DNA from: Pyrinomonadaceae bacterium
GTDB taxonomy: Bacteria; Acidobacteriota; Blastocatellia; Pyrinomonadales; Pyrinomonadaceae
Assembly (NCBI GenBank): GCA_046313635.1
Contig: JBKBYA010000008.1
Span: 99,786 to 163,785, forward strand
Length of the DNA stretch: 64,000 nucleotides
Direction: 5' to 3'
Shown: piece after piece, positions 46,257 to 57,398 of the stretch
Layout: every line of letters starts with the position of its first letter
Numbering within the stretch: position 1 is the stretch's first letter
Position numbers and translations under genes: made by a program
Notes under the pieces: model-generated
What the model was told of the DNA's origin: nothing
The model's input: the letters and a program-made list of their open reading frames with translations, nothing else
The model's database searches: none

Positions 46257-47489
46257 CTACTTCTGCCCAGTCGCCAGCTTACCGATCAGGGTAAACAGCG
46301 GCAGGTACATCGAGATGACGATCGAGCCGATCGTCACGCCCAGGAATCCGATCAGCACGGGCTCGATCAGAGCGAGAATATCGGCGATCGCGGCGTCGAC
46401 CTCTTCTTCGTAAAAGTCGGCGATCTTGCCGAGCATCGCATCGAGTGCGCCCGTCTGCTCGCCGACGCCGACCATCTGGCTGACCATGTGCGGAAAGACG
46501 TCGGTCGCCTTTAACGGCTCGACAAAGTTCTCACCGCGCTCGACACCGACGCGGATCTTCATGATCGCATCCTCGATGACGACGTTGCCCGCGGTCTTGG
46601 CGGTGATCTCGAGCGACTGCAGTATCGGCACGCCCGAGGAGAGCAGCGTCGAGAGAATGCGTGAGAAGCGTGCGACCGCGATCTTGCGGAGCAGGCTGCC
46701 GATTATCGGCACCTTCAGCAGCACGGTGTCGATCTGCCAGCGGCCGCGCGGCGTCTTGTAGTAAAACTTGATCGCTACGCCGAGCAGGATCAATGCGGCG
46801 AGCACGGCCAGTCCGCCCCAGCCGGCGAGAAACCCGCTTATTCCCATGACGACGCGCGTCGGCAGCGGCAACGCCTCGCCCGGTCCCAGCAGACCGATAA
46901 AGATCTGCTCAAACTGCGGGATGACGACAACCATGATCACGGCGATGGCCGCGATGGCGACGAAGATCACCGCCGCCGGATAGATCGACGCCGAGACGAT
47001 GCTGCGTTTGAGCTTGACGACCTTTTCGATAAGGGTCGCCAGACGCTGAAGGATGAGATCGAGCACGCCGCCCGTTTCGCCGGCCTCGACCATCGACGTG
47101 TAGAGCGAATCAAATACCTTCGGGTGCTTTTCGAGCGCGGCAAACAGCGTCGAGCCCTCCTCTACGTTTTGCCTGACCTGCCGGAGCACGTCCCTGAAAT
47201 AGGGGTTGCTCTGCTGCTCGGCAAGTATGTCGATGCACTGCACGAGCGGAAGTCCCGCGTCGATCATCACCGAGAATTGCCGCGTAAAGACCGCCAGCTC
47301 CTTTGCCCCGACCTTCTTGCGGCGGCCGAGCTTGGGGATCGAGATCTCGCGTCCCTTCTCGTTGGCTTGCGTCAGGACGATCTGCTCGCGGCGAAGCAGC
47401 GTGCGCAGCTCGTCCTGGCTTGCGGCTTCGCGCTCGCCGGTGACCAGTTCGTTGAGTCGATTTCTTCCTTTGAAGGCGTATGTAGGCAT
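46257..47489 (-). CDS. pilC: Type IV pilus platform protein PilC
   Basis: FTRQFSVMIDAGLPL, AGETGGVLD and VGEQTGALD motifs. Confidence 0.93.
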   Translation of the reverse strand: MPTYAFKGRNRLNELVTGEREAASQDELRTLLRREQIVLTQANEKGREISIPKLGRRKKVGAKELAVFTRQFSVMIDAGLPLVQCIDILAEQQSNPYFRDVLRQVRQNVEEGSTLFAALEKHPKVFDSLYTSMVEAGETGGVLDLILQRLATLIEKVVKLKRSIVSASIYPAAVIFVAIAAIAVIMVVVIPQFEQIFIGLLGPGEALPLPTRVVMGISGFLAGWGGLAVLAALILLGVAIKFYYKTPRGRWQIDTVLLKVPIIGSLLRKIAVARFSRILSTLLSSGVPILQSLEITAKTAGNVVIEDAIMKIRVGVERGENFVEPLKATDVFPHMVSQMVGVGEQTGALDAMLGKIADFYEEEVDAAIADILALIEPVLIGFLGVTIGSIVISMYLPLFTLIGKLATGQK

Positions 47490-47555
47490 AACGATTTCTT
47501 CTGCTCCGAATGGTAAGCACGGCTGCGGATCTGCCGGCGTTCAAAAAAAATTCTG

Positions 47556-48758
47556 CTATCTCGCACCCGGCCGCTGGCCGACAGGCCGTCCCTGCGCGTA
47601 CGGGCTCGGGTGAGCGCCGGGCTTGCCGTTGCCGGCTCCGCCGTACCCTTGGTTGATGCCCGACCCGCGCTCGATCAGCTCTCTGAGCTCGTCGGCATTG
47701 GACGAACGCTGCATCGCGGTCTCGAGCGTGATGACGCGCTGGTGATACAGCGACGCCAGCGACTGATTGAATGTCTGCATCCCGAACTTGTCCTGACCGG
47801 TCTGCATCATCGAGTAGATCTGGTGGATCTTGTCCTCGCGAATGAGATTGCGGATGGCCGGATTTGGAACGAGTATCTCGAGCGCCATCGCACGGCCGTC
47901 GCCCGACGCCTTTGGCAGCAGCGCCTGACACATAATGCCCTCGAGCACGAGCGAGAGCTGCGTGCGGACCTGCGCCTGCTGGCCCGCCGGAAAGACGTCG
48001 ATGATGCGGTTGATGGTCGAATACGCCGAGTTGGTGTGCAGCGTCGCAAAGGTCAGGTGGCCCGTCTCCGCGATGCGCAGGGCCATCTCGATCGTCTCGA
48101 GATCGCGCATTTCGCCGACGAGCACGACGTCCGGGTCTTGGCGGAGCGCCGTGCGCAGCGCCGAGGCGAACGAGTGCGTGTCGGAGTTGACCTCGCGTTG
48201 ATTGACGACGCAGTTCTTGTGCTGGTGCAGGAACTCGATCGGGTCCTCGATCGTCAGGATGTGGTCGTGGCGGTCGATGTTGATCTTGTCGATCATCGCG
48301 GCCAGCGTCGTCGATTTGCCCGAGCCGGTCGGCCCCGTGACGAGGATCAAGCCGCGCGGCTTTTTGCACAGATCGGACACGATCGGCGGCAGACCGAGGG
48401 CCTCGAACGATTTGATCTCGTAAGGGATCGCACGAAACACGGCGCCGACCGCTCCGCGCTGGTTAAAGAGATTGGCGCGAAACCTCGACATTCCTTTGAG
48501 ACCGAACGAGAAGTCGAGCTCGAGATTCTCTTCAAAGCGGTGCTTTTGCGCGTCGGTGAGCACCGAGTAAGCGAGCCGCTTGGTATCGGCGGGCGTCAGA
48601 TTTGGGAAGCCCGGGATCGGGGACAGGTGGCCGTGAACGCGGATCTGCGGCGGCGAATTTGACGTGATATGCAGGTCTGAGCCGCCTGCCTCGGTCATTC
48701 TCCGCAGCAGGTCGGGCAGCGTGACCTGATTCTCGGGATTGGTCTGCTCGTTTGTCAT
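47556..48758 (-). CDS. pilT: Type IV pilus retraction ATPase PilT
   Basis: GPTGSGKSTT, EDPIE, TLHTN, AIRNLIRE and GMQTF motifs. Confidence 0.95.
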   Translation of the reverse strand: MTNEQTNPENQVTLPDLLRRMTEAGGSDLHITSNSPPQIRVHGHLSPIPGFPNLTPADTKRLAYSVLTDAQKHRFEENLELDFSFGLKGMSRFRANLFNQRGAVGAVFRAIPYEIKSFEALGLPPIVSDLCKKPRGLILVTGPTGSGKSTTLAAMIDKINIDRHDHILTIEDPIEFLHQHKNCVVNQREVNSDTHSFASALRTALRQDPDVVLVGEMRDLETIEMALRIAETGHLTFATLHTNSAYSTINRIIDVFPAGQQAQVRTQLSLVLEGIMCQALLPKASGDGRAMALEILVPNPAIRNLIREDKIHQIYSMMQTGQDKFGMQTFNQSLASLYHQRVITLETAMQRSSNADELRELIERGSGINQGYGGAGNGKPGAHPSPYAQGRPVGQRPGAR

Positions 48759-48842
48759 AATGCACTTGCGGGATCTGGGCGCCGGGCGGGGCCGACGGCC
48801 GGCCGTTTGCGTAACTGACCGGCCGCCGGAGAAAAGACGCGG

Positions 48843-49652
48843 TTATTCTTCTTTCACCGCCGCGCGCTGTACACCGCGCGTGCGGCTCTGAAGAGAGTTG
48901 ATGACCTTTTCAGACTCTTCGGCGAGACGCTCGGCCGAGTCCGCCGACGAATTTGTCGAGACGCTGAAGATGCGGCCGTCCACCTCGGTAAAGTAAAAGG
49001 TCCGCGAGCTGATCCGGCTGCCGTTCTGAGACTGAGCGACGACGACGTAGACCTTTTTGCCGCCGATCTCTTTCTGAAAATCGTTAACCACCCAGCCGTT
49101 CTCGTTGATCATCCGGTTGATGACCTCGCGGCGAAGCGACGTCGTCGGGACGCCGCCGATCGAGCGGTTGCGAAACGTATCGCTCGACTCGCCCATCGCC
49201 GGGCCGACAACCGCGATCGAGGCCGAACCGAGCTGTCCGCCGCGGCCGTCGTCGACCGTGAACTGCAGCTCGCCGGCCGGTGCGGCCGAATTGCGCTTCC
49301 AGCCGAGCGGTGCGGGCTCGCCCGACGGCAGCATCTCGACCGATGCCTTCTGGACCTTTGCCCCGCGAGCGGCGTCGGTGCCGGCAGTTGATTCAGCCCT
49401 ATCCTGCTCGGCTCGCTTCGCCAGCCGGAGCTGCCGCAGACGGAGAGCGCGGCGCTTGGCCGCCATCATCCGTCGATGGTTCATCCGCGCCCGGTACTGC
49501 CGCCACCAGGCTTTGGAGTATTTCTTGTATTTCTTCTTTCCGTACTTTCGCGATTTTTGCTGTCCTGCCTCGACGCTGTTGGTAGAGAACGAGACTAATC
49601 CCGCGATCCCGATCAACAGAGCCATCGACAAGGCAATTGCCCTTACTACCAT
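48843..49652 (-). CDS. Exported hypothetical protein with a Lys/Arg-rich segment
   Basis: Signal peptide, KSRKYGKKKYKKYSKAWWRQYRAR..., then a globular C-terminus; RBS present. Confidence 0.8.
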   Translation of the reverse strand: MVVRAIALSMALLIGIAGLVSFSTNSVEAGQQKSRKYGKKKYKKYSKAWWRQYRARMNHRRMMAAKRRALRLRQLRLAKRAEQDRAESTAGTDAARGAKVQKASVEMLPSGEPAPLGWKRNSAAPAGELQFTVDDGRGGQLGSASIAVVGPAMGESSDTFRNRSIGGVPTTSLRREVINRMINENGWVVNDFQKEIGGKKVYVVVAQSQNGSRISSRTFYFTEVDGRIFSVSTNSSADSAERLAEESEKVINSLQSRTRGVQRAAVKEE

Positions 49653-49669
49653 ATTTCCTCCCCTCGGCC

Positions 49670-51499
49670 TTACAAGACCGTTTCCTTCACAACCTCTTCG
49701 ATCGTCGTGATGCCTTCACGCAATTTGCACAGGCCCGACTCGCGCAGGGTGATCATCCCGAGCTCGATCGCCTTGCGGCGGAGCTCCATCGCGCTCGCTC
49801 CGATGATGATCAGCTCACGCAGCTCCTCGGTTATCTCCATCACTTCGTACAGGCCGACGCGGCCCTTGTAGCCTGTGCCGTTGCAGTTCTTGCAGCCCTT
49901 GCCCTTGAACAGGCGAAGCTCGGCCGCCTCCTCGCGCGAAAATCCGATCTCGACAAGTCCCTCGACCGGCACGTGGACCTCCTCTTTGCAGTTGCTGCAG
50001 ATCCGGCGAATGAGCCGCTGCGCCTGGATGAGATTTACCGACGTCGCGACCAGAAACGGCTCGATGCCCATATTGACGAGTCGCGAGATCGTCGAAGGCG
50101 CGTCGTTGGTATGGAGCGTCGAGAGCACAAGGTGGCCCGTGAGTGCGGCCTTGATCGCGATCTCGGCCGTCTCAAAGTCGCGGATCTCGCCGACGAGGAC
50201 GATGTTCGGGTCCTGCCGCAGGAAAGACCTCAGCGCCGCGGCAAAGTTGAGCCCGATCTGCTCCTTCATCTGCACCTGGTTGATGCCGTGCAGGTTAAAT
50301 TCGACCGGGTCCTCGGCCGTCATGATGTTGGTCTCGGGCGTATTGAGCGACTGCAGCGCCGAGTAGAGCGTGTTGGTCTTACCCGAACCGGTCGGGCCGG
50401 TGACGAGTACCATTCCGTACGGGTTTGCGATAGCTCGCTGAAACTTTTCGAGGCTCTCCGGCTCAAAGCCGAGCTTCGTCATATCGAGCATCAGCTTGTC
50501 CTTGTCGAGCAGGCGGAGCACGACCTTTTCGCCAAAGAGCGTCGGCAGCGTCGAGACGCGAAAGTCGAGCTCGCGAGAACGGTTATCGACCTTCACCTTG
50601 ATCTTGATGCGGCCGTCCTGCGGCAGACGCTTCTCCGAGATGTCGAGCTTTGACATGATCTTGAGCCGCGAGATGAGCGGGTCGCGAAGCTTCATCGGCG
50701 GATGCATCACGTCGTACAGCACGCCGTCGATGCGGAAGCGTATCCTGAAATCCTTTTCGTACGGCTCGACGTGTATGTCGGACGCTCCGCGGCGGAGCGA
50801 ATCGACAAGCAGCACGTTCACCAGCCGGACGACCGGCGCATCCTCGCTCGCGCGGGTCAGGTCTGCAAGGTTGATCTCCTCGTTGTCCTCGACGACCTCG
50901 AATTGCTCCGATTCGTTCTTGTCGAAATCGAACGCGTCGAGCGAGACGTCGAGGTCGGCGTCGGAGAGCCGCTGTACAGGCGAGCTGCCGTTCTTGTGAG
51001 ATCCGTTCTTTCCGGCGAGGACCATCTTTTCGGCATCGCCGGCAAAGGCGGCGTCGAAGATGTCGATCTGCGTCGAGCCGCTGTAATACTTTGCGATCGC
51101 GATGTTGATCGACGTCTCCGAGGCGATCACGGGCTCGACATTCAGGCTCGTCATGAACTTGATGTCGTCGAGCGCAAAGACGTTCGTCGGGTCGGCCATC
51201 GCCAGCGTCAGCGTCGAGCCCAACTTTGAAATGGGAAGTACCGTGTACTTGAGCGCGACGTCCTGCGAGATGAGACGGATGACGTCCGGCTCGATATGAA
51301 AGAGGTCCAGGTTGATCGACGGAACGCCGTATTGACGAGATAGGACGGCCGTTATCACGTCGTCCGAGATGATCCCGAGCTTGACCAGATTGGTACCGAG
51401 CCGGCCGCCGTTCTCTCTTTGATAATCGAGAGCCTCGCGTAGCTGCTGCTGCGAGATCAGGTTTTCGCGGACGAGTATTTCACCCAGTTTTGATGACAT
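49670..51499 (-). CDS. pilB: Type IV pilus assembly ATPase PilB
   Basis: MshEN-like KLGEILV/RLGTNLV, GPTGSGKT, and a tetracysteine CSNC..CKNC. Confidence 0.95.
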   Translation of the reverse strand: MSSKLGEILVRENLISQQQLREALDYQRENGGRLGTNLVKLGIISDDVITAVLSRQYGVPSINLDLFHIEPDVIRLISQDVALKYTVLPISKLGSTLTLAMADPTNVFALDDIKFMTSLNVEPVIASETSINIAIAKYYSGSTQIDIFDAAFAGDAEKMVLAGKNGSHKNGSSPVQRLSDADLDVSLDAFDFDKNESEQFEVVEDNEEINLADLTRASEDAPVVRLVNVLLVDSLRRGASDIHVEPYEKDFRIRFRIDGVLYDVMHPPMKLRDPLISRLKIMSKLDISEKRLPQDGRIKIKVKVDNRSRELDFRVSTLPTLFGEKVVLRLLDKDKLMLDMTKLGFEPESLEKFQRAIANPYGMVLVTGPTGSGKTNTLYSALQSLNTPETNIMTAEDPVEFNLHGINQVQMKEQIGLNFAAALRSFLRQDPNIVLVGEIRDFETAEIAIKAALTGHLVLSTLHTNDAPSTISRLVNMGIEPFLVATSVNLIQAQRLIRRICSNCKEEVHVPVEGLVEIGFSREEAAELRLFKGKGCKNCNGTGYKGRVGLYEVMEITEELRELIIIGASAMELRRKAIELGMITLRESGLCKLREGITTIEEVVKETVL

Positions 51500-51604
51500 T
51501 GTTTGAGAAGGGCCTTGAGACCGTTCAAGGCAAGATCGGGAGGAGATTGTCTGTCGGTCGTAGAGAGGGTCGCCGTCAGCGGTGATAAACACCGTTGGCA
51601 ATTA

Positions 51605-51634
51605 ATAATAGGTCTTTAACCTTTGGGGTGTCAA
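51605..51634 (-). promoter_or_regulatory. Sigma-70 promoter of the pilB operon
   Basis: TTGACA-N18-TATTAT on the minus strand. Confidence 0.6.
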
Positions 51635-51714
51635 GAAATGTTTTATTGACGGAATTTCGGCTATTTTGACCGGTCCGAACTCCGGCCGCCGGCTCAAAAG
51701 TGACCGCGTACAGC

Positions 51715-52689
51715 TCAGGGGCGATCCTCCGCGATCTGTCGCCGCAGCTGTTCGATGAACGATCGGACGGTAGGCGCCTCGTCACTCTCAGGAAAGCGGC
51801 GAATGAACTCGGAATAGACCGCGATCGCCTCGTTGTACTTCTTTTGCTTCTCGAGGTTGAGGCCGAGCAGCTGATAGAGGACGACCGCGTCCGGCGCTCC
51901 GCCGAGCTGTTTGATCGCATCCCGAAAATATCGTGACGACTGCTCGTACAGCGCCGCCTCCTGCTCGACGTCGCCTTCTGCGGCCGCGGCCTCGGCCTTG
52001 TCCTTGTACAGCATTCCGAGGCCCGTCAGCGCTTCGGGTTGAAAGCCGCGGCCCTCCGCGATGGCCCGCTTGAATGCCGCGACCGCCTTATCGTCCTCGC
52101 CCGTATCTCGATAGACGCGGCCCTCGAGTGCCGACGCCTCAGCGTTGCGCGGAGCGATCTTGCGAAGAGCACGGAGGGCCGAGAGCGCAGCCTCGACATC
52201 ACCAGCCTCTGACAAGCGGCGGACAAGCTCGATATGTGCGGCGATGTAATTGGGTCTGAGACCGATGGCCTCGCGATATTTCTCGATCGCTTTTGAACGG
52301 TCACGCTGCGAGAGATCGTCGGCTTCCTGAAAGGCGAGTTCGGCCTTGTCGGTCGTCGGTACGAGCGAGAGCGTCAGCGTCGCCCCGCTCGAGATGAGCG
52401 ACGGCCTTTCGATCTCACGATAACCATTGGCGCGAATGCGGACCGTGTGCCGGCCGGCCGGAGCGAGCGAGAGCTTGAGCACGCCGTCCTCGCCGGTGCG
52501 GCCGTAGCGTTGCCCGTCGATCCATACGACGGCGTTCGGCTGGGTCTTGATCGTCACCGAGCGAGCGTCGCCGGCGGCGGAGCTTCGGCCCTGACCGGCG
52601 GCGTCGCCGCCAAATGACGCCAACACGAACGCGATCGATAACAGTCCTCGATAGATCACCCCGACGGCCGCCCCCTTGTACGATCTCAT
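51715..52689 (-). CDS. Exported PEGA-like + TPR protein
   Basis: TQPNAVVWIDG..YG.T...AGRH (PEGA-like) followed by TPR helices. Confidence 0.82.
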   Translation of the reverse strand: MRSYKGAAVGVIYRGLLSIAFVLASFGGDAAGQGRSSAAGDARSVTIKTQPNAVVWIDGQRYGRTGEDGVLKLSLAPAGRHTVRIRANGYREIERPSLISSGATLTLSLVPTTDKAELAFQEADDLSQRDRSKAIEKYREAIGLRPNYIAAHIELVRRLSEAGDVEAALSALRALRKIAPRNAEASALEGRVYRDTGEDDKAVAAFKRAIAEGRGFQPEALTGLGMLYKDKAEAAAAEGDVEQEAALYEQSSRYFRDAIKQLGGAPDAVVLYQLLGLNLEKQKKYNEAIAVYSEFIRRFPESDEAPTVRSFIEQLRRQIAEDRP

Positions 52690-52716
52690 ATCTCGAATTC
52701 TACCATCGCGCGGCCC

Positions 52717-53967
52717 TCAGCCGATCCGCGTAAAATCGTCGGAGATGTCGGTCGGCTTTACGACGTCCTCGACACCGTCGCCGTCCTGGTCCTCGGAGAA
52801 TAATAGTTTTACAAATGGCGGCGCGATCAATGTCGTCGCGACGGCCATGAACAGCACGGCCCCGAAAAATTGCTGGCTGATCGCGGCCATTCCGAGGCCG
52901 ATCTGCGCGACGACGATGCCGACCTCGCCGCGCGGCACCATGCCGGCGCCGATCTGGGCCATCTCACGCGGCCTCATTCCCCATGCGCCGAGGCCGCAGC
53001 CGACAAACTTTGTGGCGACGGCGACGATCGTGACGATCACCGCCAGCGCGACGACCGACGGATCGCGAAAGATCGCGAGATCGAGCTGCATCCCAATATT
53101 GACCAAAAAGAAGGGCACCATGAACTCGGTCACGCCGCTGGTCAGCCTGTGCATTCCCTTGTTGTCCTCGGTCGCCTCGGCCAGCGCCATTCCGGCCAGA
53201 AACGCGCCGATGATCGCCGCGACCCCGACAAAGATCGCCGCGAAAGACAGCCCGAGGCAGAGGATCAGCCCGATGTTGAAGAATGGCTTGCTCAGACGAA
53301 GGCGCTCGACCGCCGGCGCGAGCCGCGTCATCAGCCGCGACCCGACCAGCGCCACAAAGCCTGTAAAGAGCACCGCCGCGCCGGCCGTCTTTGCGAGCGC
53401 CGTGTAATCGACGCTGCCCTTGCTGACCGCCGAGACAAGCGACAGGATGATCAGTCCGAGAATGTCGTCGATCACCGCCGCGCCGAGTATGATGCGCGCC
53501 GACTGCGTGTCGAGCAGGCCCATCGCGCCTAGCACGCGGGCCGTGATACCGACCGACGTCGCGACAAGCGCCGCGCCGATGAACATCGCCTCGACGAACG
53601 ACCCGTCCCACCACCACGCGATCAGATAGCCGGCGGCGAATGGCAGCACGACACCCGATACGCCGACCATCAGAGCTCGCCGGCCGACATTAAAGATCGT
53701 CTGCGGCTTGGTCTCGAGCCCGACCATAAAGAGCAGAAAGATCACGCCGATCTCGGCGAGCACCGAGATAAGGTCTGACGGCACGACCCAGCCCAGCATG
53801 CTCGGGCCGATCACAACGCCCGCAAGGATCTCGCCGACGACGGCCGGCTGCCTGAGGCGCTCAAAGATCTCGGCCATCAGCTTGGCCGCCGCCAGCATCA
53901 CGAACAATGCGAGCAAGACGTTTGCGTGGTCAACGCCCGGCGTCGCCGCGGCGATAATTGTCGGCAT
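52717..53967 (-). CDS. CPA2 cation:proton antiporter (NapA-like)
   Basis: VVGEILAG, TSVGI, AAVIDD and GMVPRGEV motifs. Confidence 0.92.
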   Translation of the reverse strand: MPTIIAAATPGVDHANVLLALFVMLAAAKLMAEIFERLRQPAVVGEILAGVVIGPSMLGWVVPSDLISVLAEIGVIFLLFMVGLETKPQTIFNVGRRALMVGVSGVVLPFAAGYLIAWWWDGSFVEAMFIGAALVATSVGITARVLGAMGLLDTQSARIILGAAVIDDILGLIILSLVSAVSKGSVDYTALAKTAGAAVLFTGFVALVGSRLMTRLAPAVERLRLSKPFFNIGLILCLGLSFAAIFVGVAAIIGAFLAGMALAEATEDNKGMHRLTSGVTEFMVPFFLVNIGMQLDLAIFRDPSVVALAVIVTIVAVATKFVGCGLGAWGMRPREMAQIGAGMVPRGEVGIVVAQIGLGMAAISQQFFGAVLFMAVATTLIAPPFVKLLFSEDQDGDGVEDVVKPTDISDDFTRIG

Positions 53968-54031
53968 CAGTTGTTCACCTCGTAAGTGCCATTTTAACAG
54001 GCGTTTTCTCGGCCGGACAAAATTCGCCGAC

Positions 54032-54059
54032 TTGATTTTTCGGCCTGCGAAACTATAAT
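54032..54059 (+). promoter_or_regulatory. Sigma-70 promoter of tRNA-Met
   Basis: TTGATT-N16-TATAAT. Confidence 0.65.
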
Positions 54060-54070
54060 CAAGACCTTAC

Positions 54071-54147
54071 GGCTGGGTAGCTCAGATGGTTAGAGCGTGG
54101 GATTCATAACCCCAAGGTCGCGAGTTCGATCCTCGCCCCCGCCACCA
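54071..54147 (+). tRNA. tRNA-Met(CAT), elongator type
   Basis: Cloverleaf GGCTGGG...TAGCTCAG..GGTTAGAGC, anticodon loop TTCATAA, TTCGATC loop and encoded CCA. The G1:C72 pair argues against an initiator; Ile2 is not strictly excluded. Confidence 0.93.
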
Positions 54148-54160
54148 TTTTTCTTGGGAT

Positions 54161-54188
54161 CAAGGACGGCTTAGCGGCCGTCCTTTTT
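54161..54188. terminator. Intrinsic terminator after tRNA
   Basis: aaggacggc-ttagcg-gccgtcctt-tttt. Confidence 0.8.
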
Positions 54189-54210
54189 GCTTCCCCGCGT
54201 GGGCCGCTCG

Positions 54211-57200
54211 TCAGCTCGTCAGCCGGCGGTAAATGTTGGGCATCCGCTCGGGCAGGCTGAGGACGTCGTCGATGATGGTGTAGCCGACGTCGCCGTAGAG
54301 GTCTTTGAGCTCGCTCTCCGACTCGCGGTCGATCGTCACGCAGAAGGGCGTGATGCCGTGAGTCTTGGCTTCGAGCAGCGCTTCGCGCACGTCCTCGCGG
54401 GCGTACCGGGCGTCGCCGTAGTCGTGGTCGTACGGGCGGCCGTCGGTGAGGATGATGAGCAGTTTGGTGCGCGATTCCTGTTTGAGCAGCTTGGCTGCCG
54501 CGTGGCGGATCGCGGCGCCAAGGCGCGTGTTGTTTTGGAACGTGATGCCGCCGATGCGCCGCTCGACGTCGTCGGTGTACTTCTCGTCAAAATCCTTGAC
54601 GACGTAAAACTTCACGTTTCGCCGGCCCTCGCTCGTAAAGCCGTTGATCGAGTAGCGGTCGCCGACGGCCTCGAGAGCTTCGCTCATCAGCACGAGGCCT
54701 TCTTTTTCGATCTCGATGATGCGGCGGCCGGGGTACGTGTAAGGCTGCAGCGGATTGCGAGTGATCGTGCGGGCGGTCGACGATGATTGGTCGAGCAGGA
54801 TCGAGACGGCGACGTCGCGGTGCTTGCGGAGGCGTTTGGTGTAGATGTTCTCCGACTGCCGGCCGTCGGCCTTGCGGTCGATGACAAATTCGACCAGCGC
54901 GTTGAGATCGTAATCCTCGCCGTCGATCTCGCGGTTGACCTTGGTCAGATTCTCCGGCTTCATCAGCTGGAACTGATGCCGGATCGAGTTGATCACGCCG
55001 CGATAACGCGACCGCGTCAGCTCGACAAAGTTGCGGTCGCCCTGCCGCACCTTCTTTTCGATCACGCGGCTCCAGCCGACGCGGTAGTCGTTCAATTCAC
55101 GGTCCCACTCGTCGTAGGCGAAGGCCTCGTCGCCGGGCTCAAGCGGCTGCTCGGGCATCTCGGCGTGCGACCACGCCTCCGGGCCGCTCAGGTCGTCCGG
55201 CTCCGAGTCGTCGTCCGAGTCCATCTCGTTCCACGCGCTGAAGAGATCGCGAATGTCCTGCGATCTTTGCTGCTGCTCGCGTTTGACCTGGTCCTCGGTC
55301 ACGGCCTCGACGGCGTCCTTGTCCTCGTATGCGAATTCGCCCTTCTCCTCCTGCTGCTCGTCGGACTCGGCCTCCTGCGTCTGCTCGGGCGTGATGTTTT
55401 GAAAGAGGTTGTAAACGCGGCTCGTTGCCATGATCGAGTCGGCGACCGTCGCGTCGGTCATCGCAAGGTACGACTCGACGACCGTCTCGATCTCCGAGAC
55501 GACCTGACCGTAGAACTGCCTTGCGTCGTCGGTCGCCCCGCCGCACAGCGTGATCTGAAACAGGAGCTCGAAAGGCACCTGATGCACCGGCAGATCAAAA
55601 ATGTACGGCCGCGATTCGCGCAGGAATCGCTGCATCAGATCGAGATCGACGCGCAGCCCGCGATACGTCGAACGCAGCCGCCGGTCGATCCGCGCATTCT
55701 CCATCGTGCCGAATATGCGCCGGGCAAGTCGATACTCGGGAAACGCGCGGAGCACCGCTTTGTAATCGGAATCTTTGGGCAGCATCTTGCGGCGGCGGCG
55801 GAGCTCCTCGCGCAGCTCGGCGTCGCCGAGCGCTCGTTCGCCCTTTTGCACGTCCTCGATGTAGCCGGCGAGCGAAAACGCGTCGAGCTGCTCGGCAGTC
55901 GCTCCGTAGAGCTCGGTCAGCTCGGCGTACGCGGCCTTGAGCTCGCGCGTGTCGGTCTGGAACGTGCCAAATTCGATCTGCCCCGCGCCGTGCGCGGCGA
56001 GCACCTTGTAGAGCCGAAAGTTGACGTCGTCGTCCGTGAATTCCGCGACCGACGCCGGCAGGTAGATCGTCCTGCCGTCGCCGATCCGCGACTCGTGCAC
56101 CATCGCCGTGAGCGGCGCGATCTCGACCTCTTTACCGGTGAGGCCCTCGATGTAGATCCGAAGAACGTTCTGCACGCGCTCGAGCTGCAGGCCCGCACGC
56201 GTCTCCTGCAGGCGGTCGTTCGACCCGCGCGTCTCGAGCGCAAAGTAGCTGCGGCGCGCCTTTGGCGTGTCGCCCGCGCGGCCGCGGCTGAGGCCCTCGC
56301 TGACCCAATCCTCGAACTGCTCTATCGAGACACTCCGCAGCGCCGACGCGCTCGAGCGAAATGCGGCGAGAGCGCTCTCGGCATCGCTCCGCGCGATCGT
56401 GTCGATCAGCTCGAGGACCTTTAGAACGCGCTCGGGCGACCTTTCGGCGGACTTGCCGCGCGCGGCGTCAGCTCTGGAGATCTGCGCAAAGAATTGCGGC
56501 GCGGCCCTTAAAAATGCGATCAGCACAGCGTTGCCGCTGCGGCCGATCTGCCGGCTGACGTCAGCCCATTTGTCGAAGGCCGCCGCCGAGTTGAGCAGCA
56601 CGCCGCCGCCCGCCGAAATGAAATGGAGCGTCACGCTGCCGCCAAATTCGAGAAACTCCGCGGCCCGCCGCGTCAGTCGTAGGACGTCCTCGGCCCCGAG
56701 CCCCGCGAGCGCCTCGGGCAGCGATGCCCAGAGATCGGCGGTCATCCCGCCCGTGCGGTTGGCAAACTGGAAGGCGAGCGCGAATACCGATTCGATCGCT
56801 TCGCCGCGGGCCGCATCGTCTCGATCGATCGCTTCGAGTACGGACGCGACCGCCGGCGTACGGCGCAGAAGGTCGGAGCTGTGCCTGGCGGAGCGGCTCG
56901 CGATCTCGGCGGCGAGACGCAGCACTTCGGAAAGCAGGCGTTCGTCGCCGACCTGTTTTGCGAGTTCAGGAACGAAGTAAAACGTATCGAGCGCGATCGA
57001 GCTCGAAAGCACAAGCTGCCGCGTCGTGATCTGAAAGACAAAACCGCGAGCATCCTGCGGCACGGCCCGCAGACCGGCGGCTCCCGCGGCAAAATATCCG
57101 GCGGCCGTATCGACGCTTCCCATCGCAAGCCTTCGGCCGAGCTCGCCCCAGGCACGGAGGTCGTCGGCCGAAAGGATGCGCGCCGCTCTTGGCACCGCCT

Positions 57201-57351
57201 CGACAAATTCGCGGCTCGCGCGCAGGCTGACGCCGGCGATCGCGGCGCTCGTCTCGAGCGCGGCCCGACGCTTGTCGGCAGACAGACGGCTGAGCCCTTT
57301 GGCAAGGCCGGTCAGTGATCGCTCGCCGTTTTGCTCTTCGCTTGAAGCCAC
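54211..57351 (-). CDS. NorD/CbbO-like VWA domain protein with long N-terminal helical extension
   Basis: [26 protein letters not shown] and [14 protein letters not shown] middle region. Confidence 0.88.
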   Translation of the reverse strand: MASSEEQNGERSLTGLAKGLSRLSADKRRAALETSAAIAGVSLRASREFVEAVPRAARILSADDLRAWGELGRRLAMGSVDTAAGYFAAGAAGLRAVPQDARGFVFQITTRQLVLSSSIALDTFYFVPELAKQVGDERLLSEVLRLAAEIASRSARHSSDLLRRTPAVASVLEAIDRDDAARGEAIESVFALAFQFANRTGGMTADLWASLPEALAGLGAEDVLRLTRRAAEFLEFGGSVTLHFISAGGGVLLNSAAAFDKWADVSRQIGRSGNAVLIAFLRAAPQFFAQISRADAARGKSAERSPERVLKVLELIDTIARSDAESALAAFRSSASALRSVSIEQFEDWVSEGLSRGRAGDTPKARRSYFALETRGSNDRLQETRAGLQLERVQNVLRIYIEGLTGKEVEIAPLTAMVHESRIGDGRTIYLPASVAEFTDDDVNFRLYKVLAAHGAGQIEFGTFQTDTRELKAAYAELTELYGATAEQLDAFSLAGYIEDVQKGERALGDAELREELRRRRKMLPKDSDYKAVLRAFPEYRLARRIFGTMENARIDRRLRSTYRGLRVDLDLMQRFLRESRPYIFDLPVHQVPFELLFQITLCGGATDDARQFYGQVVSEIETVVESYLAMTDATVADSIMATSRVYNLFQNITPEQTQEAESDEQQEEKGEFAYEDKDAVEAVTEDQVKREQQQRSQDIRDLFSAWNEMDSDDDSEPDDLSGPEAWSHAEMPEQPLEPGDEAFAYDEWDRELNDYRVGWSRVIEKKVRQGDRNFVELTRSRYRGVINSIRHQFQLMKPENLTKVNREIDGEDYDLNALVEFVIDRKADGRQSENIYTKRLRKHRDVAVSILLDQSSSTARTITRNPLQPYTYPGRRIIEIEKEGLVLMSEALEAVGDRYSINGFTSEGRRNVKFYVVKDFDEKYTDDVERRIGGITFQNNTRLGAAIRHAAAKLLKQESRTKLLIILTDGRPYDHDYGDARYAREDVREALLEAKTHGITPFCVTIDRESESELKDLYGDVGYTIIDDVLSLPERMPNIYRRLTS

Positions 57352-57398
57352 GCTTCAAGTTTAAGAAAGCGTCGGAACGGAATCAAAAATTAGATGGA

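Noticed and set aside
54074..54140. U4:C69 mismatch in the tRNA acceptor stem as a sign of a pseudo-tRNA
   Set aside because: Single mismatches occur in functional tRNAs, and the promoter, CCA and terminator are intact.
54071..57351. tRNA-Met as an integration site for an island
   Set aside because: No integrase and no duplicated tRNA 3' end seen; the downstream genes have host-like composition.
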